Part shown: positions 54,557 through 64,000 of the stretch, piece by piece | How the letters are laid out: the number at the start of each line of letters is the position of its first letter | How positions within the stretch are numbered: the stretch's first letter is position 1 | Source of the DNA: Bacteroidota bacterium | Lineage (GTDB): Bacteria > Bacteroidota > Bacteroidia > Bacteroidales > Lentimicrobiaceae | Direction of reading: 5' to 3' | NCBI GenBank assembly: GCA_009773515.1 | Contig: WSXX01000023.1 | Location: 3,971 to 67,970 of the forward strand | DNA: 64,000 nucleotides | The notes under the pieces: generated by a model | What the model was told of the DNA's origin: nothing | What the model saw: only the letters and a program-made list of their open reading frames with translations | The model's database searches: none | Translations under genes and position numbers: made by a program

Positions 54557-56692
54557 ATGAAGGTTTACAAAACAAATGAGTTAAGGAATATTGCACTCAT
54601 CGGTGGCGCGAAATCGGGTAAAACGACCCTTTCGGAAGCCATTTTATTTGAAGGCGGCGTAATTACAAGGCGCGGCACCATTGAAGATAAAAATACTGTT
54701 TCGGACTATCGTCAGATCGAGCTGGAGCGACAGAATTCTGTTGCATCCACCGTGATGTATGCCGAACATAACGGGCACAAAATAAATTTAATTGATGCTC
54801 CCGGTTTTGATGATTTTATTGGTGAAGTTGTAGCAGCTCTTAACGTAGCTGACACAGCATTTATGGTTATAAATGGTCAGAACGGCGTTGAAGTAGGAAC
54901 TGAAATCAACTTCAGACAGACCAAAGCCAACAATACTCCGCTGGTATTTCTTGTCAATCATCTGGAGAATGAAAAATCAAGTTTTGAAGAAAGTCTGCGT
55001 CAGCTTAAATCACAGTTTGGCGGTTCAGTAACTCCGCTTCAATATCCTTACAACGAAGGACAGAGTTTTAATTCTATTATTGATATTCTGCAGCAGAAAA
55101 TGCTCAAATATCCTGCAGGTGGAGGAAAAGCCGAAGTGCTTGATATTCCTGCCGATCAAAAAGATAAAGCTGCAGAAATGCTTAGCAGTCTGATTGAATC
55201 AGCTGCTGAAAATGATGAAACCATCATGGAATCATTCTTCGAAAATGGTACACTTACCCCCGAAGAACTGAAAAAAGGACTCAAGCTTGGCATTATGAAC
55301 CGTGGAATGTTCCCGGTACTTTGTGTTGCAGCCAAACCAAATTACGGCATTGATGCTTTGCTCAATTTTATAGTGAATTATATTCCTTCACCCGACGAAA
55401 TGCCGGGCCGCACTACCAAAGAAGGAAAAACACTCACCTGCAAAACTTCTGATTCTCCATCAGCACTGTTCTTCAAAACATCAGTTGAAGAGCATCTGGG
55501 CGAAATTTCATTCTTCAAGGTTTACGGAGGCGAGATTACGGAAGCCATGGACATGGTAAATGGCCTGAACTCTTCAAAAGAGCGCATTTCTCAGTTGTTT
55601 GCCGTTGCCGGTAAAAAACGCGAAAAGCTCGAGAAAGTAGTAGCCGGTGATATCGCAGCTACCATCAAACTAAAGAACGTTCGCACGAATCACACGCTCA
55701 ACTCAGCAAAAAATTCAGGCGACATAATTACCCCAATTAGTTTCCCTGCTCCGAAAATAACCATGGCCATAAAAGCCAAAAGCACTTCTGACGATGAGAA
55801 ACTGGGAACAGCGCTTACCGAATTACAGAAAGTTGACCCCACCATTACCATTGAATACTCCAAGGAACTGAAGCAGATTATTATCCGCGGACAGGGTGAA
55901 CTTCACCTGAACATTGCTAAATGGCACCTCGAGAACATTGAGAAAATTGCCATTGAATATTATCTGCCAAGAATTCCATATCGCGAAACCATTACCAAAT
56001 CGGCAAAAGCCATGTACCGCCACAAAAAGCAATCAGGTGGATCAGGTCAGTTTGGTGAAGTGCATATGCTCATTCAGCCTTATACCGAAGATATGGTTCC
56101 CCAGAAGGAATTTCCAATCCGCGGAACTGAAGAACACACACTGCCATGGGGTGGTAAACTTGTCTTCAACAACTGCATTGTAGGAGGATCAATTGATGCA
56201 CGTTTCCAGCCTGCCATTCTCAAAGGTATTATGGAAAAAATTGAAGAAGGTCCGCTTACCGGTTCATATGCCCGCGATATCGTGGTAAATATTTACGACG
56301 GTAAGATGCACCCGGTTGACTCAAATGAGCTTGCTTTTAAACTTGCCGGACGTCAGGCTTTTAAAGAAGCATTTAAAAATGCAGGTCCTAAAATTCTTGA
56401 ACCGATTTATGATGTGGAAGTTATGGTTCCCGGCGATCGCATGGGAGATATTATGACTGACCTTCAGGGTCGACGCGCCATCATTATGGGTATGGACAGC
56501 GAAGGCAACTACCAGATTGTTAAAGCCAAAGTTCCTCTGGCCGAGATGAACCGCTACTCAACAGCACTCAGCTCCATCACCAGCGGAAGCGGATCATATT
56601 CGCTCAAATTTGCCGAATATGCTCAGGTTCCCGGCGATGTTCAGACAGCACTTCTCAAAGCCTACGAAGAACAGGAAAAAGAAGACGAATAG
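54557..56692 (+). CDS. fusA2: Elongation factor G paralogue, EF-G2-like
   Basis: GGAKSGKT, DAPG and domain IV YRETI/HKKQSGGSGQFG; RGITI replaced by RQNSV and NKxD by NHLE; TAACTTTG box at 54505-54512. Confidence 0.88.
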   Translation: MKVYKTNELRNIALIGGAKSGKTTLSEAILFEGGVITRRGTIEDKNTVSDYRQIELERQNSVASTVMYAEHNGHKINLIDAPGFDDFIGEVVAALNVADTAFMVINGQNGVEVGTEINFRQTKANNTPLVFLVNHLENEKSSFEESLRQLKSQFGGSVTPLQYPYNEGQSFNSIIDILQQKMLKYPAGGGKAEVLDIPADQKDKAAEMLSSLIESAAENDETIMESFFENGTLTPEELKKGLKLGIMNRGMFPVLCVAAKPNYGIDALLNFIVNYIPSPDEMPGRTTKEGKTLTCKTSDSPSALFFKTSVEEHLGEISFFKVYGGEITEAMDMVNGLNSSKERISQLFAVAGKKREKLEKVVAGDIAATIKLKNVRTNHTLNSAKNSGDIITPISFPAPKITMAIKAKSTSDDEKLGTALTELQKVDPTITIEYSKELKQIIIRGQGELHLNIAKWHLENIEKIAIEYYLPRIPYRETITKSAKAMYRHKKQSGGSGQFGEVHMLIQPYTEDMVPQKEFPIRGTEEHTLPWGGKLVFNNCIVGGSIDARFQPAILKGIMEKIEEGPLTGSYARDIVVNIYDGKMHPVDSNELAFKLAGRQAFKEAFKNAGPKILEPIYDVEVMVPGDRMGDIMTDLQGRRAIIMGMDSEGNYQIVKAKVPLAEMNRYSTALSSITSGSGSYSLKFAEYAQVPGDVQTALLKAYEEQEKEDE

Positions 56693-56712
56693 TCACACCA
56701 ACCAACCAAATG

Positions 56713-56745
56713 AAAAAAGCCCGGTCAGTGCCCGGGCTTTTTTTT
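56713..56745. terminator. Bidirectional terminator
   Basis: AAAAAAGCCCGG..CCGGGCTTTTTTTT between convergent genes. Confidence 0.8.
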
Positions 56746-56853
56746 ATGATTTTAAAATTCTAAGGCATTACGCAGGGTTTGAAGCTTTGCTCTGGTGCAG
56801 AAGTGTTTTCAGATTCAATATATGAAGTCGCAGATTTTATATACTGTTAAAAT

Positions 56854-57939
56854 TCAGCCTTCCCAGAACTTATAATCCACATAGCCTTCCGGTCCACGGG
56901 TATAAAAAGTATCAACATCCGGTGTGTTAATCGGAGCATTGGCAGCAATTCTGTCGGGTAAATCAGGATTGGCAATAAACAGTCGTCCATAAGCCACCAG
57001 GTCTGCAATTCCGCTTTCCAGAGCTTCCCGCCCGCTTTCGGGTGTGTAATTGCCGGCGGTAATTAATGTTCCTGAATAATGCTTCCTGAAATGTTTTGCC
57101 ACTTCAGGAATCATATGAGGATGATTTTCAAGTGGTGCCATTGGCTCCACCAGATGCAGATAAGCTATATTTCTTTTGTTGAGCTCTCCGATTACATACC
57201 CGAACAATTCAGCAGGATTCTCGTCGTCCATTCCATATCTGATGTTGGATGGCGATAACCTGATACCCGTTTTTTCATTTCCTATCTCTTTACATATGGC
57301 ATCGGTAACTTCAAGGGTGAATCTGCAACGGTTTTCGATGCTACCGCCATATTGATCGGTTCTGATATTTGATGATGAATGCATAAACTGATCAAGCAGG
57401 TAGGAATTTGCGGCATGAATTTCCACACCATCAAAACCTGCTTTCATGGCATTGGCAGCAGCTTTGCGATAATCTTCAATAACGCCTGCAATTTCACTCA
57501 TTTCTAGTGGCCGTGGCACTTCCATGGACATTTTTCCTTTGGGCGTGGTAATGAAATCTCCACCCGAAATAGCCGATGCGGAAACCGGCAACGCATTTCC
57601 GGGCTGCAACAAAGAGTGTGATACCCTGCCGACATGCCACAACTGCAGAAAAATCAATCCGCCTTTTTCGTGAACTGCTTTAGTAACCAGTTTCCAGCCT
57701 TCCAACTGCTCATCGCTGTGAATACCAGGCGTGTCAATATATCCCACACCTTGCGGTGAAATCTGGCTGGCTTCCGCGATAATCAATCCCGCAGAGGCGC
57801 GTTGTGCATAATATAGCGCATTCATTTCACCCGGGACACCACCTTTTCCGGCGCGGCGGCGGGTGAGTGGTGACATAACCAGGCGGTTTTTCAGGTTAAA
57901 GCTTCCAAGCTGATAGGGCTCAAGTAATGGATTCTTCAT
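56854..57939 (-). CDS. Old yellow enzyme / NemA-like alkene reductase
   Basis: LKNRLVMSPLTRRR, QLWHVGR, GFDGVEIHAANSYLLDQF, GRLFIANPDL. Confidence 0.92.
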   Translation of the reverse strand: MKNPLLEPYQLGSFNLKNRLVMSPLTRRRAGKGGVPGEMNALYYAQRASAGLIIAEASQISPQGVGYIDTPGIHSDEQLEGWKLVTKAVHEKGGLIFLQLWHVGRVSHSLLQPGNALPVSASAISGGDFITTPKGKMSMEVPRPLEMSEIAGVIEDYRKAAANAMKAGFDGVEIHAANSYLLDQFMHSSSNIRTDQYGGSIENRCRFTLEVTDAICKEIGNEKTGIRLSPSNIRYGMDDENPAELFGYVIGELNKRNIAYLHLVEPMAPLENHPHMIPEVAKHFRKHYSGTLITAGNYTPESGREALESGIADLVAYGRLFIANPDLPDRIAANAPINTPDVDTFYTRGPEGYVDYKFWEG

Positions 57940-58049
57940 TGATTGATCTTCTTTGTGGACATAAACTCATTAATGATGACTTTGTTTGGGATTTAAAGCA
58001 AAAGGTGATCAAGATTCATTATAATACACTATTGTTCAGTCTTATAGGT

Positions 58050-58181
58050 TGTCACCCTGAGCGGAGTCGAAGGGCTAAACGATCAATATTCAACATTGTA
58101 ATCATGAACAACTAAAAAGTAGAAACACTCATTTGGATTAGCAAATATTTCTAAAACACTTCGACTACGTTCAGTGTGACA
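58050..58181. repeat. Tail-to-tail REP pair with a conserved linker
   Basis: TGTCACCCTGAGCGGAGTCGAAGGG at 58050-58074 and CACTTCGACTACGTTCAGTGTGACA at 58157-58181; linker TGTAATCATGAA. Confidence 0.8.
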
Positions 58182-58230
58182 TGGATATTTAGGTAAGCTT
58201 TATTCTTTCTATAAACTTAATATCAGAACT

Positions 58231-59178
58231 TTACAAACCATAAATTGCCTTGATCTTTCTAACAATTACATCAGCCATTTTGTAATTAGATTCATGTGTC
58301 CAGCCGGCAATATGAGGCGAAAGAATTACTTTTTTACTTTGTATTAGTCTTCGGAAGGTTTCCGGTAGTTCATCGATTTTCAGGTTTTCAAACGAAAGTT
58401 TTTCATATTCAAGTACATCTAGTGCCGCGCCCAATACTTTGCCATTGTCAATAAAATCCATCAGGGCCTCAGTATCCACACATTGACCCCGGGAAGTATT
58501 GATCAGATACAAAGGTTTCCTGAATTTCGACAGATATTCACGATTCACCAGATTCCGGGTTTCATCGGTTAAAGGAACATGCAGGCTAAGAATATCGGCT
58601 TCGGCAAAAACCTCTTCCATTTGGGTCTCCTTGATAAACAACTCACTGTACCCGGAAATGTATTTGTCATAAGCAATTACGTTTGCTCCAAAGCCACTCA
58701 GCTTTTCAGCGAAAGCGCTGCCCATATTTCCGTAGCCGATAATTGCAACCGTTTTACCATTGATTTCGGTGCCCCGATTGCCTTCTCTTATCCATATTCC
58801 GTTTCTTACTTCGTTATCCACCCTAATAAGGTGATTAAAAAGTGCAAGCAACATACCCAGCGCATGTTCGCCAACGGCATCGCGGTTACCTTCAGGCGCG
58901 TTCAGGCAAACAATTCCCTTTGCAGTGGCATAATTTACATCAATGTTTTCCATGCCTGCCCCTACCCTGCCTATAAATTTCAGATTTGCTGATCTATCAA
59001 GTGCTTCGCGGTCAAGTTTTATTTTGCTCCTTATGATTGCGCCTTCAAAATCAGGAAGCATTTCCAATATCTCCTTTCGGTCATTTCCCGGAGCCCAGAT
59101 ACATTCAAAACCAGCATCTTCAAGTGCCTCGCCCAACCAGGGGTGAGCTGTATCAATAAATAAGACTTTTCTTTTCAT
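58231..59178 (-). CDS. D-2-hydroxyacid dehydrogenase, SerA-like
   Basis: RVGAGMENID, IIGYGNMG, HVPLT, INTSRG, LDVLEYE, PHIAG; ATG at 59178. Confidence 0.88.
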   Translation of the reverse strand: MKRKVLFIDTAHPWLGEALEDAGFECIWAPGNDRKEILEMLPDFEGAIIRSKIKLDREALDRSANLKFIGRVGAGMENIDVNYATAKGIVCLNAPEGNRDAVGEHALGMLLALFNHLIRVDNEVRNGIWIREGNRGTEINGKTVAIIGYGNMGSAFAEKLSGFGANVIAYDKYISGYSELFIKETQMEEVFAEADILSLHVPLTDETRNLVNREYLSKFRKPLYLINTSRGQCVDTEALMDFIDNGKVLGAALDVLEYEKLSFENLKIDELPETFRRLIQSKKVILSPHIAGWTHESNYKMADVIVRKIKAIYGL

Positions 59179-59288
59179 GATAAAAGTATATTGGAACATG
59201 CAAAGGTATAAACTCTGAACCCAACCATCATTGCCTGATGATAATAATATCCCGCAGATCATTTTTCAGGTAACTAAAGTAAGGGGCC

Positions 59289-59370
59289 AGTAAGAGGTAA
59301 AGGCTAAGTTTGAGGATATACTAACCTTAACCTCAACCTTAACCTCAACCTTAACCCTAACCTCAACCTT
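59289..59370. repeat. Eight AACCTY hexamers with a degenerate inverted arm
   Basis: Units at 59323-59370; GAGGTA AAGGCT AAGTTT GAGG just upstream. Confidence 0.8.
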
Positions 59371-59511
59371 TTATTGATAGACTATATTTACAATAACCAC
59401 CTGCTATTTCAAAGGAAAATCGTACTTTTGAATCCCATAAACAGATTTTAATATTAATAATATCTGTTTACTAATCAATAATTTAACACTTTCGTTTGAC
59501 CGATACACCGC

Positions 59512-61929
59512 ATGTGGAATTTATTAGTTAGGTTTATTTTACGAAACCGATTGGGCAACCTGATCGCAATTATTCTTATTACAGCCTTTATGGGTTATAA
59601 GGCAGTAAATGTGCATCTCTCCTACGAAATGGCGCAGATGCTGCCTGCCAGTGATACAACCAGCAAGGCTTACGAAAAGTTTAAAACCACTTTCGGACAG
59701 GACGGCGCTGTCCTGTTTATCGGTATAAAAGACGAAAAACTATTCACACTCAACGAATTTAACGATTGGCTTGAACTTACCGAGAGTCTGCGTCAGGTTG
59801 ATGGTGTTCAGGAAGTGGTTTCAATCGGAAAACTTTACACCCTCGAGAAAAACGACTCAAGCCGCAAATTTGATTTTAAACCACTGTTCGAAAAGAAACC
59901 TGCTAGTCAGGCTGAACTGGACAGCATCCGGAAACTTATTTTTGATCTTCCCTTTTACGATGGGCTGATTATAAATAAAGAATCCAACGCTACCCTGATG
60001 ATGCTGACCCTTGATAAAGAAAGGCTCAACAACAAAAGCAGAATTGATCTGGTTCGCGATATTGAAACAGAAGTAGAGGCATTCAGCAGCAAACATGAAA
60101 TAGATGTTCATTACTCAGGAATGCCCTATATAAGGACCAAAACCATGAAAATGGTTCAAAACGAACTCCTGTTGTTTACAGTTTTGTCAATGCTGATAGC
60201 CTCTATAGTCCTTTTTATCTTTTTCAGATCATTTAAAGCAGTGCTTCTCCCTATGCTGATAGTGGTTATCAGTGTAATATGGCTGATGGGAATTATGGGA
60301 ATTATGGGTTATGAAATTACCATTCTCACCGGAATTTTACCTCCGCTGCTGATCATTATCGGGGTTGAAAACTGCATCTTCCTGCTTAATAAATATCACC
60401 ACGAGTACAGGGAGCACGGCAATAAAATTAAAGCACTTTCACGCGTAGTTGTGCGGACAGGGAATGCTACTTTCCTTACCAATCTGACTACCGCTACAGG
60501 CTTTGCAGCATTTATTATTACAGGGAACAAACTGCTGGTTGAATTTGGAATTGTTGCCTCAATCAACATTATGGTAGTGTTTATACTCTCTATTTTCCTC
60601 ATTCCCATACTCTACAGCTATCTTGCTCCACCTGAGCTCAGGCACACCAAACATCTTGACAACAAATACACGACCGGCATCATCGAAAAAGTAGTGCATC
60701 TGGTGCTGAATCATCGCAAAGCTATTTATATCACTACAGGTATCGGTATTGTTCTTGCCGTAATTGGTATCTCCAAGCTCAAAACCACTGGAAATGTGGT
60801 TGATGATATTCCGCACGGACACCCCATGTACGTTGATTTGCTTTTTTTCGAAGAAGAATTTAAAGGAATTCTGCCATTCGAAATCTCGATAGATACGCGC
60901 AAACCCCGCGGTGTGATGCAGATGTCAACCATACAGAAAATCAGTGATTTGCAGGATACTCTGGCATTGTACCCTGAATTTTCGAAACCCGTTTCAGTTG
61001 CTGAGCTTGTCAAATATTCGAAACAGGCATTTTATAATGGCGATCCTGAAATGTACAGTATCCCGAACAGTCAGGAGCGTAATTTCATCCTGCAGTACCT
61101 GCCTTCGATGAAAAGTGAACGCAAAACCATTCTCAACTCCTTTGTTGATACTTCGATGAGCAAAACACGCATCAGTGTGCAGATGGCAAATATAGGCACC
61201 CGCGATATTCAACGGATAAAAGATGATCTTCAGCCAAAAATCAACTCCATTTTCGATCCCGATAAATATGATGTGGAACTTACCGGAACCAGCATCGTTT
61301 TCCTGAAAGGCACCGACTATCTGGTTCACAACCTGATTACCAGTCTGATTCTGGCAGTTATTGCCATAGCCATATTGCTCGGCTTGTTGTTTACCTCTTT
61401 CAAGATGGTGGTTGTTTCGATGGTACCAAACCTGCTGCCACAGTTGATGACTGCTGCATTGATGGGATTTCTGGCCATAAGCATCAAACCATCTACAATT
61501 CTGATATTCAGCATAGCGCTTGGAATATCGGTTGACAATGCCATACATTTTCTTTCACGTTACAGGCTGGCGCTGAAACACAACAACTGGAACATTAAAA
61601 TCTCAGTGCTTTCAGCTTTGCGCGAAACCGGCTTCAGCATGGTATATTCCTCGATAGTGTTATTCCTCGGATTTGCGATATTTACCCTATCTACCTTCGG
61701 CGGTACACAATCCATGGGATTTCTTATTTCATTTACTTTGCTGATGGCATTGTTTTCCAACCTGCTTTTGCTACCTTCGCTACTTTTGACTTTAGACCGT
61801 CTAATAACAACCCGCAATTTTGAAGAGCCACTGATGGAGATTTTCGAAGAAAACGAAGAAAGTGAGGTTGATGATGAAGAAATGGCAGTTGATGAAGTTA
61901 CAATTCCAGGGAAATCTGATAAACTCTAA
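59512..61929 (+). CDS. MMPL/RND-superfamily transporter
   Basis: Two repeats of TM + periplasmic loop + TM bundle; GVENCIFLL and GISVDNAIHFL. Confidence 0.85.
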   Translation: MWNLLVRFILRNRLGNLIAIILITAFMGYKAVNVHLSYEMAQMLPASDTTSKAYEKFKTTFGQDGAVLFIGIKDEKLFTLNEFNDWLELTESLRQVDGVQEVVSIGKLYTLEKNDSSRKFDFKPLFEKKPASQAELDSIRKLIFDLPFYDGLIINKESNATLMMLTLDKERLNNKSRIDLVRDIETEVEAFSSKHEIDVHYSGMPYIRTKTMKMVQNELLLFTVLSMLIASIVLFIFFRSFKAVLLPMLIVVISVIWLMGIMGIMGYEITILTGILPPLLIIIGVENCIFLLNKYHHEYREHGNKIKALSRVVVRTGNATFLTNLTTATGFAAFIITGNKLLVEFGIVASINIMVVFILSIFLIPILYSYLAPPELRHTKHLDNKYTTGIIEKVVHLVLNHRKAIYITTGIGIVLAVIGISKLKTTGNVVDDIPHGHPMYVDLLFFEEEFKGILPFEISIDTRKPRGVMQMSTIQKISDLQDTLALYPEFSKPVSVAELVKYSKQAFYNGDPEMYSIPNSQERNFILQYLPSMKSERKTILNSFVDTSMSKTRISVQMANIGTRDIQRIKDDLQPKINSIFDPDKYDVELTGTSIVFLKGTDYLVHNLITSLILAVIAIAILLGLLFTSFKMVVVSMVPNLLPQLMTAALMGFLAISIKPSTILIFSIALGISVDNAIHFLSRYRLALKHNNWNIKISVLSALRETGFSMVYSSIVLFLGFAIFTLSTFGGTQSMGFLISFTLLMALFSNLLLLPSLLLTLDRLITTRNFEEPLMEIFEENEESEVDDEEMAVDEVTIPGKSDKL

Positions 61930-61941
61930 AAACCAGCGTTT

Positions 61942-62805
61942 ATGAAAGGAATTATTCTTGCCGGAGGCTCAGGTACCAGACTCCATCCACTCACCCTTGC
62001 TGTGAGCAAACAGTTGATGCCCATCTATGACAAGCCAATGATCTACTACCCGCTTTCGGTGCTGATGATGGCTGGTATCAATGAAATATTGATCATATCC
62101 ACACCACACGACCTCCCACATTTTGAGAAATTGCTCGGTGACGGGAGCTCGCTGGGTTGTAAATTCAGTTACGTGGTGCAACATGTTCCCAATGGACTTG
62201 CCCAGGCGTTTGTGCTGGGTGCTGATTTTATTGGTGATGATGATGCTGCACTCATCCTCGGCGACAATATTTTCTACAGTTCCGGGCTGCAGAACCTGCT
62301 TATGGAATGTCACAAACCACAGGGAGGAATTGTGTTTGCTTATCATGTTTCCGATCCTGATCGTTATGGTGTTGTTGAATTCGACGCTGCCGGAAAAGCA
62401 ATTTCCATTGAAGAAAAGCCCAAACAACCCAAATCGAATTATGCGGTTCCGGGATTGTATTTTTATGACAACAGTGTGGTGGAAGTTGCCCGAAACATCA
62501 AACCCAGTGCCCGTGGCGAATATGAAATTACCGATGTTAACCGGCACTATCTTGAAACCGGAAAACTTCAGGTAAAAGTAATGAGCCGCGGAACTGCATG
62601 GCTCGATACCGGTACATTCGGATCGTTACTTCAGGCTTCACAGTTTGTTGAGGTTATAGAAACCCGGCAAGGACTGAAAGTCGGTTGCATCGAGGAAGTT
62701 GCCTTCCGGATGGGCTTTATTGGCAAATCTCAACTGCAAAGTCTTGCCCAGCCACTGTTAAAAAGCGGATATGGTGATTACCTTATGCGCATTTCTGAAT
62801 ACTGA
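61942..62805 (+). CDS. rfbA: Glucose-1-phosphate thymidylyltransferase
   Basis: [45 protein letters not shown]. Confidence 0.96.
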   Translation: MKGIILAGGSGTRLHPLTLAVSKQLMPIYDKPMIYYPLSVLMMAGINEILIISTPHDLPHFEKLLGDGSSLGCKFSYVVQHVPNGLAQAFVLGADFIGDDDAALILGDNIFYSSGLQNLLMECHKPQGGIVFAYHVSDPDRYGVVEFDAAGKAISIEEKPKQPKSNYAVPGLYFYDNSVVEVARNIKPSARGEYEITDVNRHYLETGKLQVKVMSRGTAWLDTGTFGSLLQASQFVEVIETRQGLKVGCIEEVAFRMGFIGKSQLQSLAQPLLKSGYGDYLMRISEY

Positions 62806-62825
62806 AGCTTCTCAATACTTAAATA

Positions 62826-63800
62826 ATGCTTACAACTGATCAACTTCAGCATAAAATAAAGCAGGCAATTGCCGATCTTCCGGTTTACGGCGAACCCGAA
62901 GGATTATACCAACCCATTGCCTATACCCTTGAACAGGGAGGAAAAAGACTCCGGCCATTGCTTACATTAATGGCAACCCAGACTTTTGGGGGTAATCCGG
63001 ATAAAGCTTTGCCTGCTGCCATTGCCATTGAGATTTTTCACAACTTTACACTGCTTCACGACGATATTATTGATGAGGCTCCGCTCAGACGAGGCCGTGA
63101 AACGGTTTACAAGAAATGGAACATCAACACTGCCATACTTTCGGGCGATACCATGTTTGCCATTGCTTACGGTCAGCTCTGTTCATCTGATACTGAACTG
63201 CTTCCGGCTCTGATGAAGGTGTTTACACGCACCGCCATACAGGTATGTGAAGGACAACAGTACGACATCGACTTTGAAACATCAGGCAACGTAAATATTG
63301 ATGCATACATAAATATGATAAGGCTTAAAACCGCTGTTCTGCTGGCTGCCAGTCTTAAAATCGGAGCAATTACAGGTGGTGCTTCTGAGCAGGATGCCGA
63401 CCGGGTTTACAATTTTGGTGAAAATCTGGGCATTGCTTTTCAACTGCAGGATGACCTGCTTGATGCATTTGGAAACGAGAAAGTATTCGGAAAAAAAACC
63501 GGCGGGGATATCCTTACCAACAAAAAAACCTACCTCTATCTGAAAGCCCTTGAGTGCGCGGATGAAACTGATGCTGCAAAACTAAAACAATTGTACAGCA
63601 CCAGAAATATGAACGATGAGGAGAAAATAAGCAGTGTCCTGGAAATTTTTAAACGTGCTGAGATAGAATCCCATACAGGGAAACTCATTCAGCAATACTA
63701 TGATCTTGCAATATCACAATTGTCACAAATCAAACCCTCGCCTGAAGCCAGAAAGCCTTTGGAAGACATGGCAAGTGCCATGCTGGTAAGGAAGTATTGA
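62826..63800 (+). CDS. Polyprenyl diphosphate synthase
   Basis: GGKRLRP, LLHDDIIDEAPLRRG, GQQYD, FQLQDDLLD. Confidence 0.92.
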   Translation: MLTTDQLQHKIKQAIADLPVYGEPEGLYQPIAYTLEQGGKRLRPLLTLMATQTFGGNPDKALPAAIAIEIFHNFTLLHDDIIDEAPLRRGRETVYKKWNINTAILSGDTMFAIAYGQLCSSDTELLPALMKVFTRTAIQVCEGQQYDIDFETSGNVNIDAYINMIRLKTAVLLAASLKIGAITGGASEQDADRVYNFGENLGIAFQLQDDLLDAFGNEKVFGKKTGGDILTNKKTYLYLKALECADETDAAKLKQLYSTRNMNDEEKISSVLEIFKRAEIESHTGKLIQQYYDLAISQLSQIKPSPEARKPLEDMASAMLVRKY

Positions 63801-63834
63801 GGATGTAATTAAATGATTTCTACTGTAAATAAAA

Positions 63835-64000
63835 CACTTCGACTCCGCTCAGTGTGACATTCGTGTAGTGGCAACATTGATTCTTTGTAATACGCATGTT
63901 ATCATCCATTTACAATGTCATCCTGAGCGGAGTCGAAGGACAACACATTCAATTTTTCACTACCATGTAATCCTGAAAAAGGAGATAATAAGGACATTCT
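63835..64000. repeat. Head-to-head REP pair with both linkers; inverted homologue of about 3800-3968
   Basis: REP at 63835-63859(-) and 63916-63941(+); the reverse complement aligns with the 3.8-kb copy through the linkers (GGATGACATTGTAAATG, ACACGAATGTCACAC, TTATCTCCTT..TCAGGATTACA). Confidence 0.85.

Overview
A 64-kb window from a Bacteroidota (probably Bacteroidales) chromosome, judged from protein families and TAnnTTTG -7 promoter boxes. Most of it is housekeeping: pgk, ispG, pckA, ppdK, PPi-type PFK, transaldolase, carbonic anhydrase, a thiolase/hydroxyacyl-CoA dehydrogenase/crotonase trio, AmgK-RapZ/MurU peptidoglycan recycling, MtgA, alpha-2-macroglobulin, an AddB-like nuclease, an EF-G2-like paralogue, rfbA and a polyprenyl synthase, plus tRNA-Asp, tRNA-Asn and a likely 6S-type RNA. 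The unusual signal is in the intergenic DNA. (1) tRNA-Asp is followed by a small GIY-YIG nuclease whose stop codon is supplied by a tRNA copy, then by tandem tRNA pseudo-copies that carry TCTCGTCA..TGACGAGA hairpins. (2) A REP/BIME-like family (~11 units) is repeatedly invaded by a 20-bp perfect palindrome at a GACTC site, the same pentamer replaced in the tRNA copies. (3) Heptamer and hexamer repeat mosaics are present, and two heptamer arrays share a 28-bp core. (4) An AT-rich island beside tRNA-Asn contains an attC-like site. (5) An unannotated 42-aa Cys4 microprotein sits inside the AmgK-MurU cluster. No CRISPR array, rRNA, integrase or transposase was seen. All calls come from reading motifs by eye, with no database searches.
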